Of a DNA stretch of 64,000 nt, positions 44,018 to 53,282 are shown piece after piece (within the stretch, counting starts at the first letter, position 1; each line of letters begins with the position of its first letter). Source of the DNA: Thermoplasmata archaeon (GTDB lineage Archaea; Thermoplasmatota; Thermoplasmata; RBG-16-68-12; JAGMCJ01). The notes below the pieces were generated by a model. The model was not told where the DNA came from. It saw only the letters and a list, made by a program, of their open reading frames with translations, and searched no databases. The stretch lies in NCBI GenBank assembly GCA_023136265.1, contig JAGLRN010000034.1:761-64760 (forward strand), written 5' to 3'. Made by a program: the position numbers and the translations under genes.

Positions 44018-44856
44018 ACCTGGAAACCTACGCCGAGAACACTTGGTGCAAGGGGTGCGGGAACTTCGGCCTTCTGAACTCCTTCAAGGACGCAGTCAAC
44101 GAACTCGTCGAGGAGGGAGCGCTCAAGGCGGAGAACATGGTCATCAGCTCAGGAATCGGGTGTCATGGTAAGACTGTGGACTACCTCAACCTCAACAGCT
44201 TCTATTCCCTCCACGGAAGGGCGATCTCGTGCGTTTCCGGAATGAAGATCGCCAATCCGAATCTAACCGTGGTCGCGTTCCAAGGGGACGGCGACGCGTT
44301 CGGAGAGGGGATAGCTCACGTGGTCTTCTCCGCCAAGAGGAACATAGACGCCATGCTTCTCGTCCACGACAACATGGTCTATGGGCTGACGACGGGCCAG
44401 TTCACACCCACCAGCGACAAAGGCTTCAAGGGGAAGAGCACTCCCAGAGGAAGCATAGAGGAGCCGATGAACCCGCTCGCGCTTATACTGGCCTCGGGCG
44501 GGACGTTCGTGGCGAGGGGCTTCGTCGGGAAGAGGAAGCACTTGGTGGGACTGTTCAAGAAGGCGCTCCTCCACAAGGGGTTCTCTTTTGTGAACGTGCT
44601 TCAGCCATGCGTGACATTCAACAACACGTATTCGCACTTCAGGGAGAACACGTACATCCTTGAGGATGAGGGTCACGACCCGGCGGATTTCCAGGCGGCT
44701 TGGGAAAAGGCCCTGGAGACCAAAAGGATCCCAATAGGCCTCTTCTACCAGGTCGAGAAGCCCACCTTCACGGACCTGCTCCTTGAAGATCTCGTCCCGG
44801 CTGAGCGAAGAAAACCCCCTTCGACCGCCATATCGGAGATTATCAGTGAGAGATAG
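44014..44856 (+). CDS. 2-oxoacid:ferredoxin oxidoreductase beta subunit (TPP-binding)
   Basis: N-terminal CKGCGNFG and the TPP motif GDGDAFGEGIAH. ATGA overlap with the alpha gene. Confidence 0.8.
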   Translation: MNLETYAENTWCKGCGNFGLLNSFKDAVNELVEEGALKAENMVISSGIGCHGKTVDYLNLNSFYSLHGRAISCVSGMKIANPNLTVVAFQGDGDAFGEGIAHVVFSAKRNIDAMLLVHDNMVYGLTTGQFTPTSDKGFKGKSTPRGSIEEPMNPLALILASGGTFVARGFVGKRKHLVGLFKKALLHKGFSFVNVLQPCVTFNNTYSHFRENTYILEDEGHDPADFQAAWEKALETKRIPIGLFYQVEKPTFTDLLLEDLVPAERRKPPSTAISEIISER

Positions 44857-44868
44857 GCCGAGACCCGC

Positions 44869-45351
44869 TCACCCGATCTCTGCCAAGGCTCTATGGATCT
44901 CCTCGTAGTCAGGTTCGACACCCTGGTCGTCCGTGACCCATTTGTAGCGCACGGTTCCTTGCTCGTCCACGATGAAGATGGACCTCTTGGCAGCCGTGTA
45001 CCCGCTCATTCCCGCGAAGTCCTCCAAAGAAACGCCGTAAGTTTCGGTGGCCTCCCTCTTGTAATCGCTCAGTAGCGGGAAGTTGATTGCGTTCCTCTCC
45101 GCGAAGCCCGCGTTCGTGAAGGGGTCGTTGACGCTGATCCCCACGACTCCCGAGTCCAGTTCCTCCAGTCTCGTGATGGAGTCCCTGAACGCGCACATCT
45201 CCTTCGTGCAGACGGATGTGAACGCGCCCGGATAGAAGGCAACCACCAGATTCTTGCCGAGGAACTCGTCAAGTGTGCGAGCTTTCCTTTCCGTGTCGAA
45301 CAAGGAGAAGCCGGGGGCCTTGTCTCCAACTTCTGGTCCGTTCATGGTCAT
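44869..45351 (-). CDS. bcp: peroxiredoxin, Bcp/AhpC-TSA family
   Basis: VGDKAPGFSL...VVAFYPGAFTSVCTKEMCAF contains the peroxidatic Cys in T-x-x-C. Start set at MTMNGPEV rather than the longer ORF. Confidence 0.75.
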   Translation of the reverse strand: MTMNGPEVGDKAPGFSLFDTERKARTLDEFLGKNLVVAFYPGAFTSVCTKEMCAFRDSITRLEELDSGVVGISVNDPFTNAGFAERNAINFPLLSDYKREATETYGVSLEDFAGMSGYTAAKRSIFIVDEQGTVRYKWVTDDQGVEPDYEEIHRALAEIG

Positions 45352-45511
45352 CAGCGGGAGAAAGCAGGTCCCGTATTTGCGCCTTTCGTGGGCCACTCCA
45401 CCAATCTATAAATATCGTTAGCTGGTTCGTTTTCACGAGGCCCTTGAATGCCGAGTCTGGACGTCTCAGAGAACGCCGTGGTCATACTGAGAAGGCGGTG
45501 ATGTCACGAGA

Positions 45512-46324
45512 ATGCTGATAGTCACATCGGAGATCGACAAGGCCTCGATGAACATCCTTGAGCATCTTCTCAAGATCGGCAGGTGGCGCAAGTTCGGTGA
45601 GTTCGAAGGCAATCCCGCTAGGGAGTATGGAAACAGGCGGCTGGTCACGATCCACGATGAGTTCCTTTTTCGGGACGGCCTCGATGAAGAGATACGGGAG
45701 AGCTTGGGAATCGACTTCGATGTGATGGTGTTCGCGTCCCGCCACAAGAGCGAGAGCGGTCTCAAGTCGCTCACGGTCCATCCCCTGGGCAACTACGACA
45801 AGGCGGAGTTCGGCGGGCATCCCAGGACGCTCGTTTCGACGTCCCCAGACATAATGACGATGGCTCTGAGACTACTCAAGAACAGGAGCGCGGGCCTTGA
45901 CACCCCCGTTTCTTTCGAGGTGACGCATCACGGTCCGCACGTGAACACGCCCGCGTTCAACATCGAGATCGGGAGCGAAGAGAGAGCGTGGGTCGAGGAA
46001 GCGCCTGCCGAGGCGATAGCGTCGGTTATTATGTCCGTGGAGGAGCAGAGGCTTCCTGTGGCAGTCGGGATTGGCGGCGGACACTATGCGCCTAGGATCA
46101 CGGACGTCGCGCTTGAGAAGAACGTCTCCTTCGGCCACATGGTTCCGACGTACGCCCTGGACCATCTCGATGGGACCATGCTCAAGCAGGTCATCGAACT
46201 GAGTCCCGATGCCAGGTACGTCTACTTCCACAGGAAGGCAATGAGCAAGCCCAGAGCGAGAGAGTTGTCTCAGCTCTGCGAGCGGAGCGGTCTCAGAACG
46301 GTCAGAACCAGGGATCTGGACTGA
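45512..46324 (+). CDS. dtdA: D-aminoacyl-tRNA deacylase, archaeal type (DTD2)
   Basis: MLIVTSEIDKASMNIL..., FASRHKSESG, EVTHHGPH, GIGGGHYAP and SFGHMVPTYAL match the archaeal DtdA family along its full length. Confidence 0.8.
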   Translation: MLIVTSEIDKASMNILEHLLKIGRWRKFGEFEGNPAREYGNRRLVTIHDEFLFRDGLDEEIRESLGIDFDVMVFASRHKSESGLKSLTVHPLGNYDKAEFGGHPRTLVSTSPDIMTMALRLLKNRSAGLDTPVSFEVTHHGPHVNTPAFNIEIGSEERAWVEEAPAEAIASVIMSVEEQRLPVAVGIGGGHYAPRITDVALEKNVSFGHMVPTYALDHLDGTMLKQVIELSPDARYVYFHRKAMSKPRARELSQLCERSGLRTVRTRDLD

Positions 46325-46419
46325 CTCTCACGGTCTTCCTTGCACGGCCTCCTGACGAACGACCTAACAGAGCAAAAACTATAATCCCCTGAGCACATAC
46401 ACGGGTAGAGGGGAGACGT

Positions 46420-47094
46420 TTGCTTAAAGAGTGCAGATCTCATGGTTTCTTCCGCGGGGAAATCTGCCCCAACTGTGGTGACAAATCGAAATTCCTGCTC
46501 GACGACAGGGAGCTGGAGCTGCTGGGAAGAACGATGGCGGGCATCCTGAGACACTTCCCGGAGCGCTACGGCCTGGATATGGACGAACAAGGTTGGGTCG
46601 ACCTCAGGGACTTCGTGACCGCCGTTCAGATCAGGCACAAGAAGTTCAGGTTCCTCAAACCGCATCACGTGCTCGGAATCATCGATACGGACCCCAAGGG
46701 GAGATATCAGTTCCTGGAGGGAAAGATAAGGGCCACATACGCCCACTCGTGTGACGTGGATCTGGATCTGCCGACGGATGACATCCCGGAGATACTGTAC
46801 TTCCCGACGACGGAGGAGGAGTGCAGTATACTCCTTGAGATCGGGCTGAAACCCTCGGACAGGAAGATGGTTCATTTGAGCGGGACTCTTCCCTCGGCGA
46901 TGGAGGCTGGTCGGGTGAGGGTCAATGACCCGGTGATCCTCGAGGTGGATGCGGAGAAGGCCACGGACGAAGGAGTGGAAATAGGCAAGGCCGGAAAGAC
47001 GGTCTACACGACCAAGGACGTCCCGCCAGATTACCTGAGAAGGCTCTCCCCGGAAGAGATCGAAGAAGGGATGGAGCTGGAAGTCAACGAATGA
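46420..47094 (+). CDS. kptA: RNA 2'-phosphotransferase (Tpt1/KptA family) with N-terminal Cys-rich extension
   Basis: LLGRTMAGILRHFPERYGLDMDEQGWVDLRDFV matches the Tpt1 motif L..LRH.P...GL..D..GWV. N-terminal CPNC... Confidence 0.7.
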   Translation: MLKECRSHGFFRGEICPNCGDKSKFLLDDRELELLGRTMAGILRHFPERYGLDMDEQGWVDLRDFVTAVQIRHKKFRFLKPHHVLGIIDTDPKGRYQFLEGKIRATYAHSCDVDLDLPTDDIPEILYFPTTEEECSILLEIGLKPSDRKMVHLSGTLPSAMEAGRVRVNDPVILEVDAEKATDEGVEIGKAGKTVYTTKDVPPDYLRRLSPEEIEEGMELEVNE

Positions 47095-47171
47095 GACTGT
47101 CCCCGTTGCTGATAATCCGTTCCAAAGGTTTTATTGCCTACATTCTTATTACACTCTAACTCAGTAGGCAG

Positions 47172-47858
47172 GTGATTAGGATGGGTACCACTGGTTTTAA
47201 TCAGCTTGGGAACAAGGCTTTGCAGGAGCATTGGCTGAGGAGATTCGTTGCTATCATAATAGACAACATCATCGTATGGATACCTCTTTTCATACTCAGC
47301 TTCTTTCCGTTCTTTTGGTTCTTCGGAATCTGGGGATGGGGATTGCTGGGCCAGTCCGTCTTCTTCTTCCTTTACTGCGTTGTCCTCGAGATCGCTATGG
47401 GCGCAACGATCGGGAAGAAACTCATGAGCCTGCATGTCGTCGGCATACAGGAGCAGCGGACGCCGATGATGGTCATCGTGAGGAACGTCTCAAAGATATT
47501 CGGCGTACTGCTGTTCATCGATTGGCTCGTCGGCATGCTCACGCCTGGAGATCCGAGGCAGAAGTACACCGACAGGATGATTGGCTGCACCGTTGCGAGG
47601 ACGGATGAAAAGGCCTACATGGAGGAGCAGTTCAGGGTGGCTCAGTATTACCGACCACCTCCCGCCCACGGATACCAGCCTTACCAGCAGCAACCCCAAC
47701 AGCAACCATATCAGCAGCCGCCCGCGGCAGGCGGGGGCTGGGGTGAGCAGCCGGAACAAACCGGACCACAGCCCAAATACTGTCAGAGCTGCGGCGGTCC
47801 GCTGAATGTCAGGCCCGACGGCAGATTGCAGTGCCCCAGTTGCGGCGCGATGTACTAG
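47172..47858 (+). CDS. RDD-family membrane protein with Pro/Gln-rich linker and C-terminal zinc ribbon
   Basis: RDD-like TM core (RRFVAIIIDNIIVWIP...). Low-complexity YQPYQQQPQQQPYQQPPAAGGG stretch. Terminal CQSCGG...CPSCG. Confidence 0.55.
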   Translation: MIRMGTTGFNQLGNKALQEHWLRRFVAIIIDNIIVWIPLFILSFFPFFWFFGIWGWGLLGQSVFFFLYCVVLEIAMGATIGKKLMSLHVVGIQEQRTPMMVIVRNVSKIFGVLLFIDWLVGMLTPGDPRQKYTDRMIGCTVARTDEKAYMEEQFRVAQYYRPPPAHGYQPYQQQPQQQPYQQPPAAGGGWGEQPEQTGPQPKYCQSCGGPLNVRPDGRLQCPSCGAMY

Positions 47859-49015
47859 GTGATTATCTTCTCGAGGTCATCGGTCTCGAGGGCTCTTCTG
47901 ATTTCCATCGCTACCCTACGACCAGTGCTAACTCTCGACCGCCAAAGCGTGTTTCCGTAGGGGTGGCCCACCGACATGTGGACATTCGTCCCGCCGCCGA
48001 TCCTTGGCGAGACGTCGTATATGAAGAAGTTCATGTCCTTGTCCACGCACGTCTGCAGTGTGAACGGGCCTATCATCCCTGGTGGGGAGTACTCCTGCGT
48101 CCCCTTCACGTAGATCTCTGCCAGCGGGAAGATTTTCCTGAGAAGCGATTCGCGCAGCGTGGCCGAGTTGTGCCCGCAGACTGTGTATTCCGGCGTTTTC
48201 TGTTCCTCGAGGAGGGACATCTGCTGTGCGGCAGGCAAGCGGACGTGCCCGTCGAGGGACGACTCGAATCTCCAGTCGATGCCGAGCAGCTCGATCGGCT
48301 CCTCGTCTTTTTCCAGGGGTGAGTAAAAGAAGTCGAAGTTGAAGACAGGTCCGATGATGTACTTCTCTATCCTGGCGTTCTGCAGGTCCTCCTGCGTGAT
48401 AACGTCGTTCTTGAGAAGCTCCTCCGACTTCTCCTGGTACTCCGCGTAGCTCGCGGCTGTGAAGAAGCCCCTCTCCAGTCTCTTGACCTTGTGCTTCAAC
48501 TTGATGAGTGCGAGGGAATCGATCTCCTCCGGCGATTCGATCTTCTCCGGAGCGGGAAGGCTGACCTTCTCAAGGAGCCAGTAGTAGTCCTCCTCCACGT
48601 CACCTCTCTCCTCTGACCTGAGGAGATTGCGACTCCCCATCATCGGGATGGCGAAATCGTCCTCCACCGCGTCCATGCCAGCATAGGAGAAGAACGAGCG
48701 GTTCGGGATGAATATGACGTTGTTCTTGGCCAGCCACTCCATGCGCTCGGGCCTGACGGCGTCCTTGAACTTGTCGAGAACGAGGGCCTCGTCCACCACG
48801 CCTCTGATCACGTTCCCGTTGGCATCTCGCTTCGACTTGAAGTAGCGGGTGTACGGTTCCTCTCTGCCCTTCTCGCAGACAGCCACGGTCGGAAAACCTT
48901 CCTCGATCGCGCCATCGTAAACGTCCAGGCCCGAATGCGAGGCGATGCATCCGATCTTTATCTTGCTCTTGTCATAACCTCTGAGAACTTCGAAAACCTT
49001 CTCCCTTTCTATCAA
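47855..49015 (-). CDS. purP: 5-formaminoimidazole-4-carboxamide-1-(beta)-D-ribofuranosyl 5'-monophosphate synthetase (archaeal purine biosynthesis)
   Basis: IKIGCIASHSGLDVYDGAIEEGFPTVAVCEKGRE, ...PPGMIGPF... and ...SPRIGGGTN... match PurP (ATP-grasp) throughout. Confidence 0.85.
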   Translation of the reverse strand: MIEREKVFEVLRGYDKSKIKIGCIASHSGLDVYDGAIEEGFPTVAVCEKGREEPYTRYFKSKRDANGNVIRGVVDEALVLDKFKDAVRPERMEWLAKNNVIFIPNRSFFSYAGMDAVEDDFAIPMMGSRNLLRSEERGDVEEDYYWLLEKVSLPAPEKIESPEEIDSLALIKLKHKVKRLERGFFTAASYAEYQEKSEELLKNDVITQEDLQNARIEKYIIGPVFNFDFFYSPLEKDEEPIELLGIDWRFESSLDGHVRLPAAQQMSLLEEQKTPEYTVCGHNSATLRESLLRKIFPLAEIYVKGTQEYSPPGMIGPFTLQTCVDKDMNFFIYDVSPRIGGGTNVHMSVGHPYGNTLWRSRVSTGRRVAMEIRRALETDDLEKIIT

Positions 49016-49084
49016 CTCCCCACCTCTTTGGCGGCAAGGGTGTTAGCGTATTTAGAGCTATTTATGGGCAGGAATCGTAAAGTA

Positions 49085-49104
49085 TATTAGTATATTCGAA
49101 TATG
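49085..49104. promoter_or_regulatory. A/T-rich divergent promoter region with perfect palindrome TATTCGAATA
   Basis: Lies between divergent purP (start 49015, minus strand) and the DsrE-like gene (ATG 49123). Palindrome at 49093-49102. Confidence 0.25.
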
Positions 49105-49122
49105 CGTATAGAGAGTGATATC

Positions 49123-49539
49123 ATGGCGAACAAGATGACCCTGATAGTATTCTCCGGCACCGTCGACAAGCTCATGCCTGTCGGGATACTCGCAAGCGGT
49201 GCTGTGGCAATGGGGATGGAGGTGGAGATCTATCTGACCTTCTGGGGACTTCAGGCCTTCAGGCAGGGTGCTCCCCAGCAAGTGACGAAGATGAGCGCGG
49301 AATACGAGGACATGGCTCCCATGATGATGCAGCTCATGAAGGAGAAGAACATGCCTTCCTGGTACGACACCCTCAAGCAGGCAAAGGAGCTCGGGACCAT
49401 CAGGATACACGCATGCGCGGCCACCATGGACCTGATGGGAATGACGAAGGAGGACCTCGACCCGATGGTTGACGACATCGTCGGCGTGGCGGAGTACGTC
49501 GAGTTCGCGAGGGAGTCCGAGATAACGCTGTTCATGTAG
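49123..49539 (+). CDS. DsrE/DsrF-like sulfur-relay family protein
   Basis: 138 aa from MANKMTLIVFSGTVDKLMPVGILASGAVAMGMEVEIYLTFWGL... resembles DsrE/peroxiredoxin-like (COG2210-type) proteins. A conserved Cys lies in IHACAAT. Confidence 0.55.
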   Translation: MANKMTLIVFSGTVDKLMPVGILASGAVAMGMEVEIYLTFWGLQAFRQGAPQQVTKMSAEYEDMAPMMMQLMKEKNMPSWYDTLKQAKELGTIRIHACAATMDLMGMTKEDLDPMVDDIVGVAEYVEFARESEITLFM

Positions 49540-49553
49540 CTGGAGGGTTAGGT

Positions 49554-49787
49554 CTGTACGAAATCGACAGGACGGTTGACGCGAGGGACACTTTCTGCCC
49601 GGGACCCTTGATGGAACTGATACGAGCGGTGAAAGAGGGAGAGGTCGGAGAGGTCATCGCCGTGTGGTCCAAGGACGCCGGCTCGCAAAGAGACATTCCT
49701 CTGTGGATTGAGAAGGCAGGTCACGAGCTTCTTGCAGTCAACGAGAAGGAAGAGTACAACGAGTTCGTGATCAAGAAGCTCAGATAG
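49554..49787 (+). CDS. TusA-like sulfurtransferase (start codon unresolved: no in-frame ATG/GTG/TTG upstream of the conserved Cys motif)
   Basis: Translation LYEIDRTVDARDTFCPGPLMELIRAVKEGEVGEVIAVWSKDAGSQRDIPLWIEKAGHELLAVNEKEEYNEFVIKKLR carries the TusA CPxP motif and the DIP..W...GH pattern. Not in the ORF track because its first canonical start is internal. Confidence 0.45.
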   Translation: MYEIDRTVDARDTFCPGPLMELIRAVKEGEVGEVIAVWSKDAGSQRDIPLWIEKAGHELLAVNEKEEYNEFVIKKLR

Positions 49788-49812
49788 ACCCGCGGATACC
49801 GAGGCGGAAAAA

Positions 49813-50943
49813 ATGAAGAACGTTGTCGTTCTTGGTGGCGGAGTCGGAGGAAGCGTCGTCGCCAATCACCTTGCTAAGAAGGCTAAGCGCGGGGACTGCA
49901 AGATCACCGTTGTAGATGAAGACGGCAAGCACGTGTACCAGCCGGGGTTCCTCTACGTCACCCTCGGGAAGCAGAACCCCGCCAAGCTCGTGAGAGACGA
50001 GAGAACGCTTCTCAAGAGAAGCGTGGACCTGGTCACGTCGAGGGCCGAGAGGATCGACCCCGGGGAAAGAACGGTCCATCTTGCAGGCGGCAAGAAGCTC
50101 GACTATGATTACCTTGTGATCGCGACAGGCTCGACTCTGCATCCTGAGCAGGTCCCTGGCTTCGAAGGTGCCCACCACTTCTACAGCCTGGAGGGCTCGA
50201 TAGACCTCAGGAACGCCCTGATGAAGTTCAACGGCGGGGATGTCGTAATCGCCGTTGGAGGCGTTCCTTACAAGTGCCCTCCCGCCCCTGCGGAGTCCGC
50301 GTGCCTCTTGGACTACTACTTCACAAAGAGGAGGATGAGGGAGAAGGTCAACCTGAAGTTCCTGTCTCCTCTCGGGCGCGTCTTTCCCCTGGAGTCCTTG
50401 GATCCCTTGGTCACTGAGGTCTTCAAGCAGAAGAACGTCGAGGCCACGATCTTCTTCAATATCGAGTCGATAGATCCGAAGTCCAAGAAGGTGGAATCGC
50501 TCGAGGGCGAGACGGTCAACTACGACCTCCTGATAGCCATCCCACCTCACAGCGGGGCGGATGTGGTGATCGACTCTGGATTAGGAGACAGAGGCGGATG
50601 GATTCCAACCGACAGGCACTCGCTTCTCGCGAAGGGGCACGGCGACATCTACGCGGTCGGTGACGCAACCGACATACCCATCTCAAAGGCAGGCGCGACC
50701 GCTCACTACGAGGGCTTGGTCGTCGGCGACAACATCGCCGCCAGGCTGAACGGACAATCACCGCCAGACAACTACGATGGCAAGGTCACGTGCTTCTGTG
50801 ATGCAGGCTTCCACAGAGGGATAATGATGACCTTCGATTACGAGAACCCGCCAGTGCCTCCCCCGCTGAATCGAAGACACTACCTCGGAAAGATGATGAT
50901 AAATAGGCTCTACTGGATGCTCATCCCGAAGGCGAGGGTCTAG
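49813..50943 (+). CDS. FAD-dependent pyridine nucleotide-disulfide oxidoreductase, sulfide:quinone oxidoreductase-like
   Basis: N-terminal FAD fold VVVLGGGVGG. Cys in VPYKCPPAPAE (SQR-type KCxGAP-like). Second Cys pair near CFCDAGF. Confidence 0.6.
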   Translation: MKNVVVLGGGVGGSVVANHLAKKAKRGDCKITVVDEDGKHVYQPGFLYVTLGKQNPAKLVRDERTLLKRSVDLVTSRAERIDPGERTVHLAGGKKLDYDYLVIATGSTLHPEQVPGFEGAHHFYSLEGSIDLRNALMKFNGGDVVIAVGGVPYKCPPAPAESACLLDYYFTKRRMREKVNLKFLSPLGRVFPLESLDPLVTEVFKQKNVEATIFFNIESIDPKSKKVESLEGETVNYDLLIAIPPHSGADVVIDSGLGDRGGWIPTDRHSLLAKGHGDIYAVGDATDIPISKAGATAHYEGLVVGDNIAARLNGQSPPDNYDGKVTCFCDAGFHRGIMMTFDYENPPVPPPLNRRHYLGKMMINRLYWMLIPKARV

Positions 50944-51270
50944 ATGCCGCTCAACGATGAGAGGATTTACACACTACAGGCAAGTCTATGCAAGGCTCTC
51001 TCGAATCCGGTGAGGCTGATGATAATCGACATTCTCAAGGAAGGCGAGACGAGCGTCAGCGACCTCCAAGAGAAACTGGGAAGGCAGCAGTCCAACCTGT
51101 CGCAGCATCTGGCGGTTCTTCGAGGGAATGGGATCGTTAAGAATCGCAGAGAAGGCACGACGATGCTGTACTCTCTGACAAGCCCGAAGATAGTCGAAGC
51201 CTGCTCTCTGGTCAGACAGATTCTAAGGGAGCAGAGCGAAGAGTTCGGGAAGCTGATGAAGGGTCCGTAG
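50944..51270 (+). CDS. ArsR/SmtB-family transcriptional regulator
   Basis: LCKALSNPVRLMIIDILKEGETSVSDLQEKLGRQQSNLSQHLAVLRGNGIV is the ArsR-type HTH. The start ATG directly abuts the stop of the preceding gene. Confidence 0.7.
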   Translation: MPLNDERIYTLQASLCKALSNPVRLMIIDILKEGETSVSDLQEKLGRQQSNLSQHLAVLRGNGIVKNRREGTTMLYSLTSPKIVEACSLVRQILREQSEEFGKLMKGP

Positions 51271-51322
51271 TCCATCCGCGCTCAATCACGGCACGCGCAG
51301 TGACGCCATAAGGGGAAGTGCA

Positions 51323-51424
51323 TAGCCCCGGGCAGATTCGAACTGCCGTCAAGAGGTCCAGAACCTCTTATGATTTGCCGGCTGAGGCATCGAGCCTGGC
51401 CTTTGACCGCTACACTACGGGGCT
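51323..51424 (-). tRNA. tRNA-Gln (anticodon CTG) with ~33-nt non-canonical intron in the D-loop region
   Basis: Acceptor AGCCCCG/CGGGGCT (A1:U72) with discriminator A. Anticodon arm AGAGG-TTCTGGA-CCTCT. T arm GGCAG-TTCGAAT-CTGCC. Relative to the intronless copy at 53283..53353, ~33 nt (TCAAAGGCCAGGCTCGATGCCTCAGCCGGCAAAT) are inserted after D-loop AGCGG. TATA-like AAATATAC lies ~40 nt upstream. Confidence 0.6.
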
Positions 51425-51512
51425 GCAGTAGGCACTTCTCAAAAGGGCACTCCCCTGCACAAATATACTTCGCAGATGAGAGACCGAGGGAAGCATATGG
51501 CCGTGCGGTCGA

Positions 51513-53198
51513 TCACTTCGCCTGCTGTCGCTTCTGGATCTTGGCCCAAGTATCCCGCAATTGCACGGTCCGGTTGAGGACCAGCTTCTGTTTGGTAGAG
51601 TCAGGGTCGACGCAGAAATAGCCCAGGCGCTCGAACTGGAACAGGTCGAAAGGTTCGAGATTCCCCACGGCGGGCTCCACCTTGCACGAGCGGAGCACCT
51701 CTAACGAGTCGGGGTTCACGAAAGTCTTGAAGTCGGTGTCCTTCTGGCCCAGAGGGTCTGGCACGGTGAACGGTCGGTCGTACAGGCGGACCTCCGCGTC
51801 GATGGCGTGCACAGCTGACACCCAGTGTAGCGTGGACCTCACTTTCCGCCCGTCCGGGGCATCACCACCGCAGGTTTCCGGGTCCACGGTGCACCTCAGC
51901 TCCACGACCTCGCCGTTCTCCTTGACGGGCTCTTTGCACGTGACCAAGTAGGCGTTCCTGAACCGGACCTCCCTGCCCGGAGCCAGTCGGTAGAACTTCT
52001 TCGGCGGATTCTCCATGAAGTCGTCCCGTTCGATGTACGCGACCCGGGAGAACGGCACCTTCCTCGTGCCCGCTTCGGGCTCCTCCGGGTTCCTCATGAG
52101 CTCCATCTCCTCCACCTTGTCCTCGGGATAGTTCTCGAGCACGACCTTGAGCGGGCGAAGGACGCCCATGAACCGAGGAGCGGTCATGTTCAGGTCCTCT
52201 CGGATGCAATGCTCTAGGAACTCGAAATCCACGGTGCTGTGGACCTTGGCAACACCTATGCGCTTGCAGAAGCTCCTTATGGCGGCCGGGGGATAGCCAC
52301 GCCTCCTCATCCCGCTTATTGTGGGGAGCCGGGGGTCGTCCCATCCGTTCACGTATCCGTCCTCCACAAGCTCGAGCAGCTTCCGCTTGCTCATGACCGT
52401 GTGGGTGAGGTTCAGGCGGGCGAACTCGATCTGTTGCGGGTGATACGCGCCAAGCTCGTCTAGGTACCAGTCGTAGAGCGGGCGATGGTCTTCGAACTCA
52501 AGGGTGCAGATTGAGTGCGTGATGCCCTCGATGGAATCCTCAAGGCCGTGCGCCCAGTCGTACGTGGGGTAGATGCACCACTTGTCGCCAGTGTTGTGAT
52601 GGGTCGCGTGCAGTATCCTGTACATGACAGGGTCCCTCATGTTCATGTTCCGGTGGGACATGTCAATCCTGGCCCGGAGCACCTTCTCGCCATCCGCGAA
52701 CTCGCCTGCCTTCATGCGCTCCAGCAAGTCGAGGTTCTCCTCCGCGGATTTGTCTCTGTGGGGGCTCTCCTTGCCCGGGGTGGTGAGCGTGCCTCGATAC
52801 TCGCTGATCTTCTCCGCCGACAGGTCGTCCACGTACGCCTTCCCATCCTTCACAAGCTGCACCGCGTACTCGTACATCTGGTCGAAGTAGTCCGAGGCGA
52901 AGTACAGCCGGTCCCCCCAGTCGAACCCGAGCCACTTGACATCCTCGATGATGGCTTTCACGTACTTGTCCTCCTCCTTCATCGGGTTCGTGTCATCGAA
53001 CCGCAGATTGCACAATCCCCCGTACTCCTCGGCGATGCCGAAGTTGAGGCAGATGGACTTCGCGTGTCCGATGTGCAAGTAGCCGTTGGGTTCAGGCGGG
53101 AAGCGAGTATGCACTCTACCTTCATGCTTGCCGGTTCTGTTGTCCTCGTCGATCATCTGGCGGATGAAGTCGCGAGCGGGAGGCTCACCGGAACCCAT
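51513..53198 (-). CDS. glnS: glutaminyl-tRNA synthetase, bacterial/eukaryotic type
   Basis: HIGH region [46 protein letters not shown]-type VMSKRK, and C-terminal ...[12 protein letters not shown]. Collinear with, and highly similar to, E. coli GlnRS as I recall it. 561 aa. Confidence 0.85.
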   Translation of the reverse strand: MGSGEPPARDFIRQMIDEDNRTGKHEGRVHTRFPPEPNGYLHIGHAKSICLNFGIAEEYGGLCNLRFDDTNPMKEEDKYVKAIIEDVKWLGFDWGDRLYFASDYFDQMYEYAVQLVKDGKAYVDDLSAEKISEYRGTLTTPGKESPHRDKSAEENLDLLERMKAGEFADGEKVLRARIDMSHRNMNMRDPVMYRILHATHHNTGDKWCIYPTYDWAHGLEDSIEGITHSICTLEFEDHRPLYDWYLDELGAYHPQQIEFARLNLTHTVMSKRKLLELVEDGYVNGWDDPRLPTISGMRRRGYPPAAIRSFCKRIGVAKVHSTVDFEFLEHCIREDLNMTAPRFMGVLRPLKVVLENYPEDKVEEMELMRNPEEPEAGTRKVPFSRVAYIERDDFMENPPKKFYRLAPGREVRFRNAYLVTCKEPVKENGEVVELRCTVDPETCGGDAPDGRKVRSTLHWVSAVHAIDAEVRLYDRPFTVPDPLGQKDTDFKTFVNPDSLEVLRSCKVEPAVGNLEPFDLFQFERLGYFCVDPDSTKQKLVLNRTVQLRDTWAKIQKRQQAK

Positions 53199-53282
53199 GA
53201 TTCATCACCTTTGCTGTCCCCGTCGTGGGAACTCCTTAATCGGGAGTGGTGTAGTTATATGTATTGGGATTGGAGCGGGAGA

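Noticed and set aside
51513-53198. Alternative call as archaeal glutamyl-tRNA synthetase
   Set aside because: Archaeal GluRS shares the class I fold, but the N-terminal block [25 protein letters not shown]...[10 protein letters not shown] and the C-terminal anticodon-binding region (...[12 protein letters not shown]) match bacterial GlnRS, as I recall the E. coli enzyme, nearly residue for residue. I keep the GlnRS call; it is pending phylogeny.
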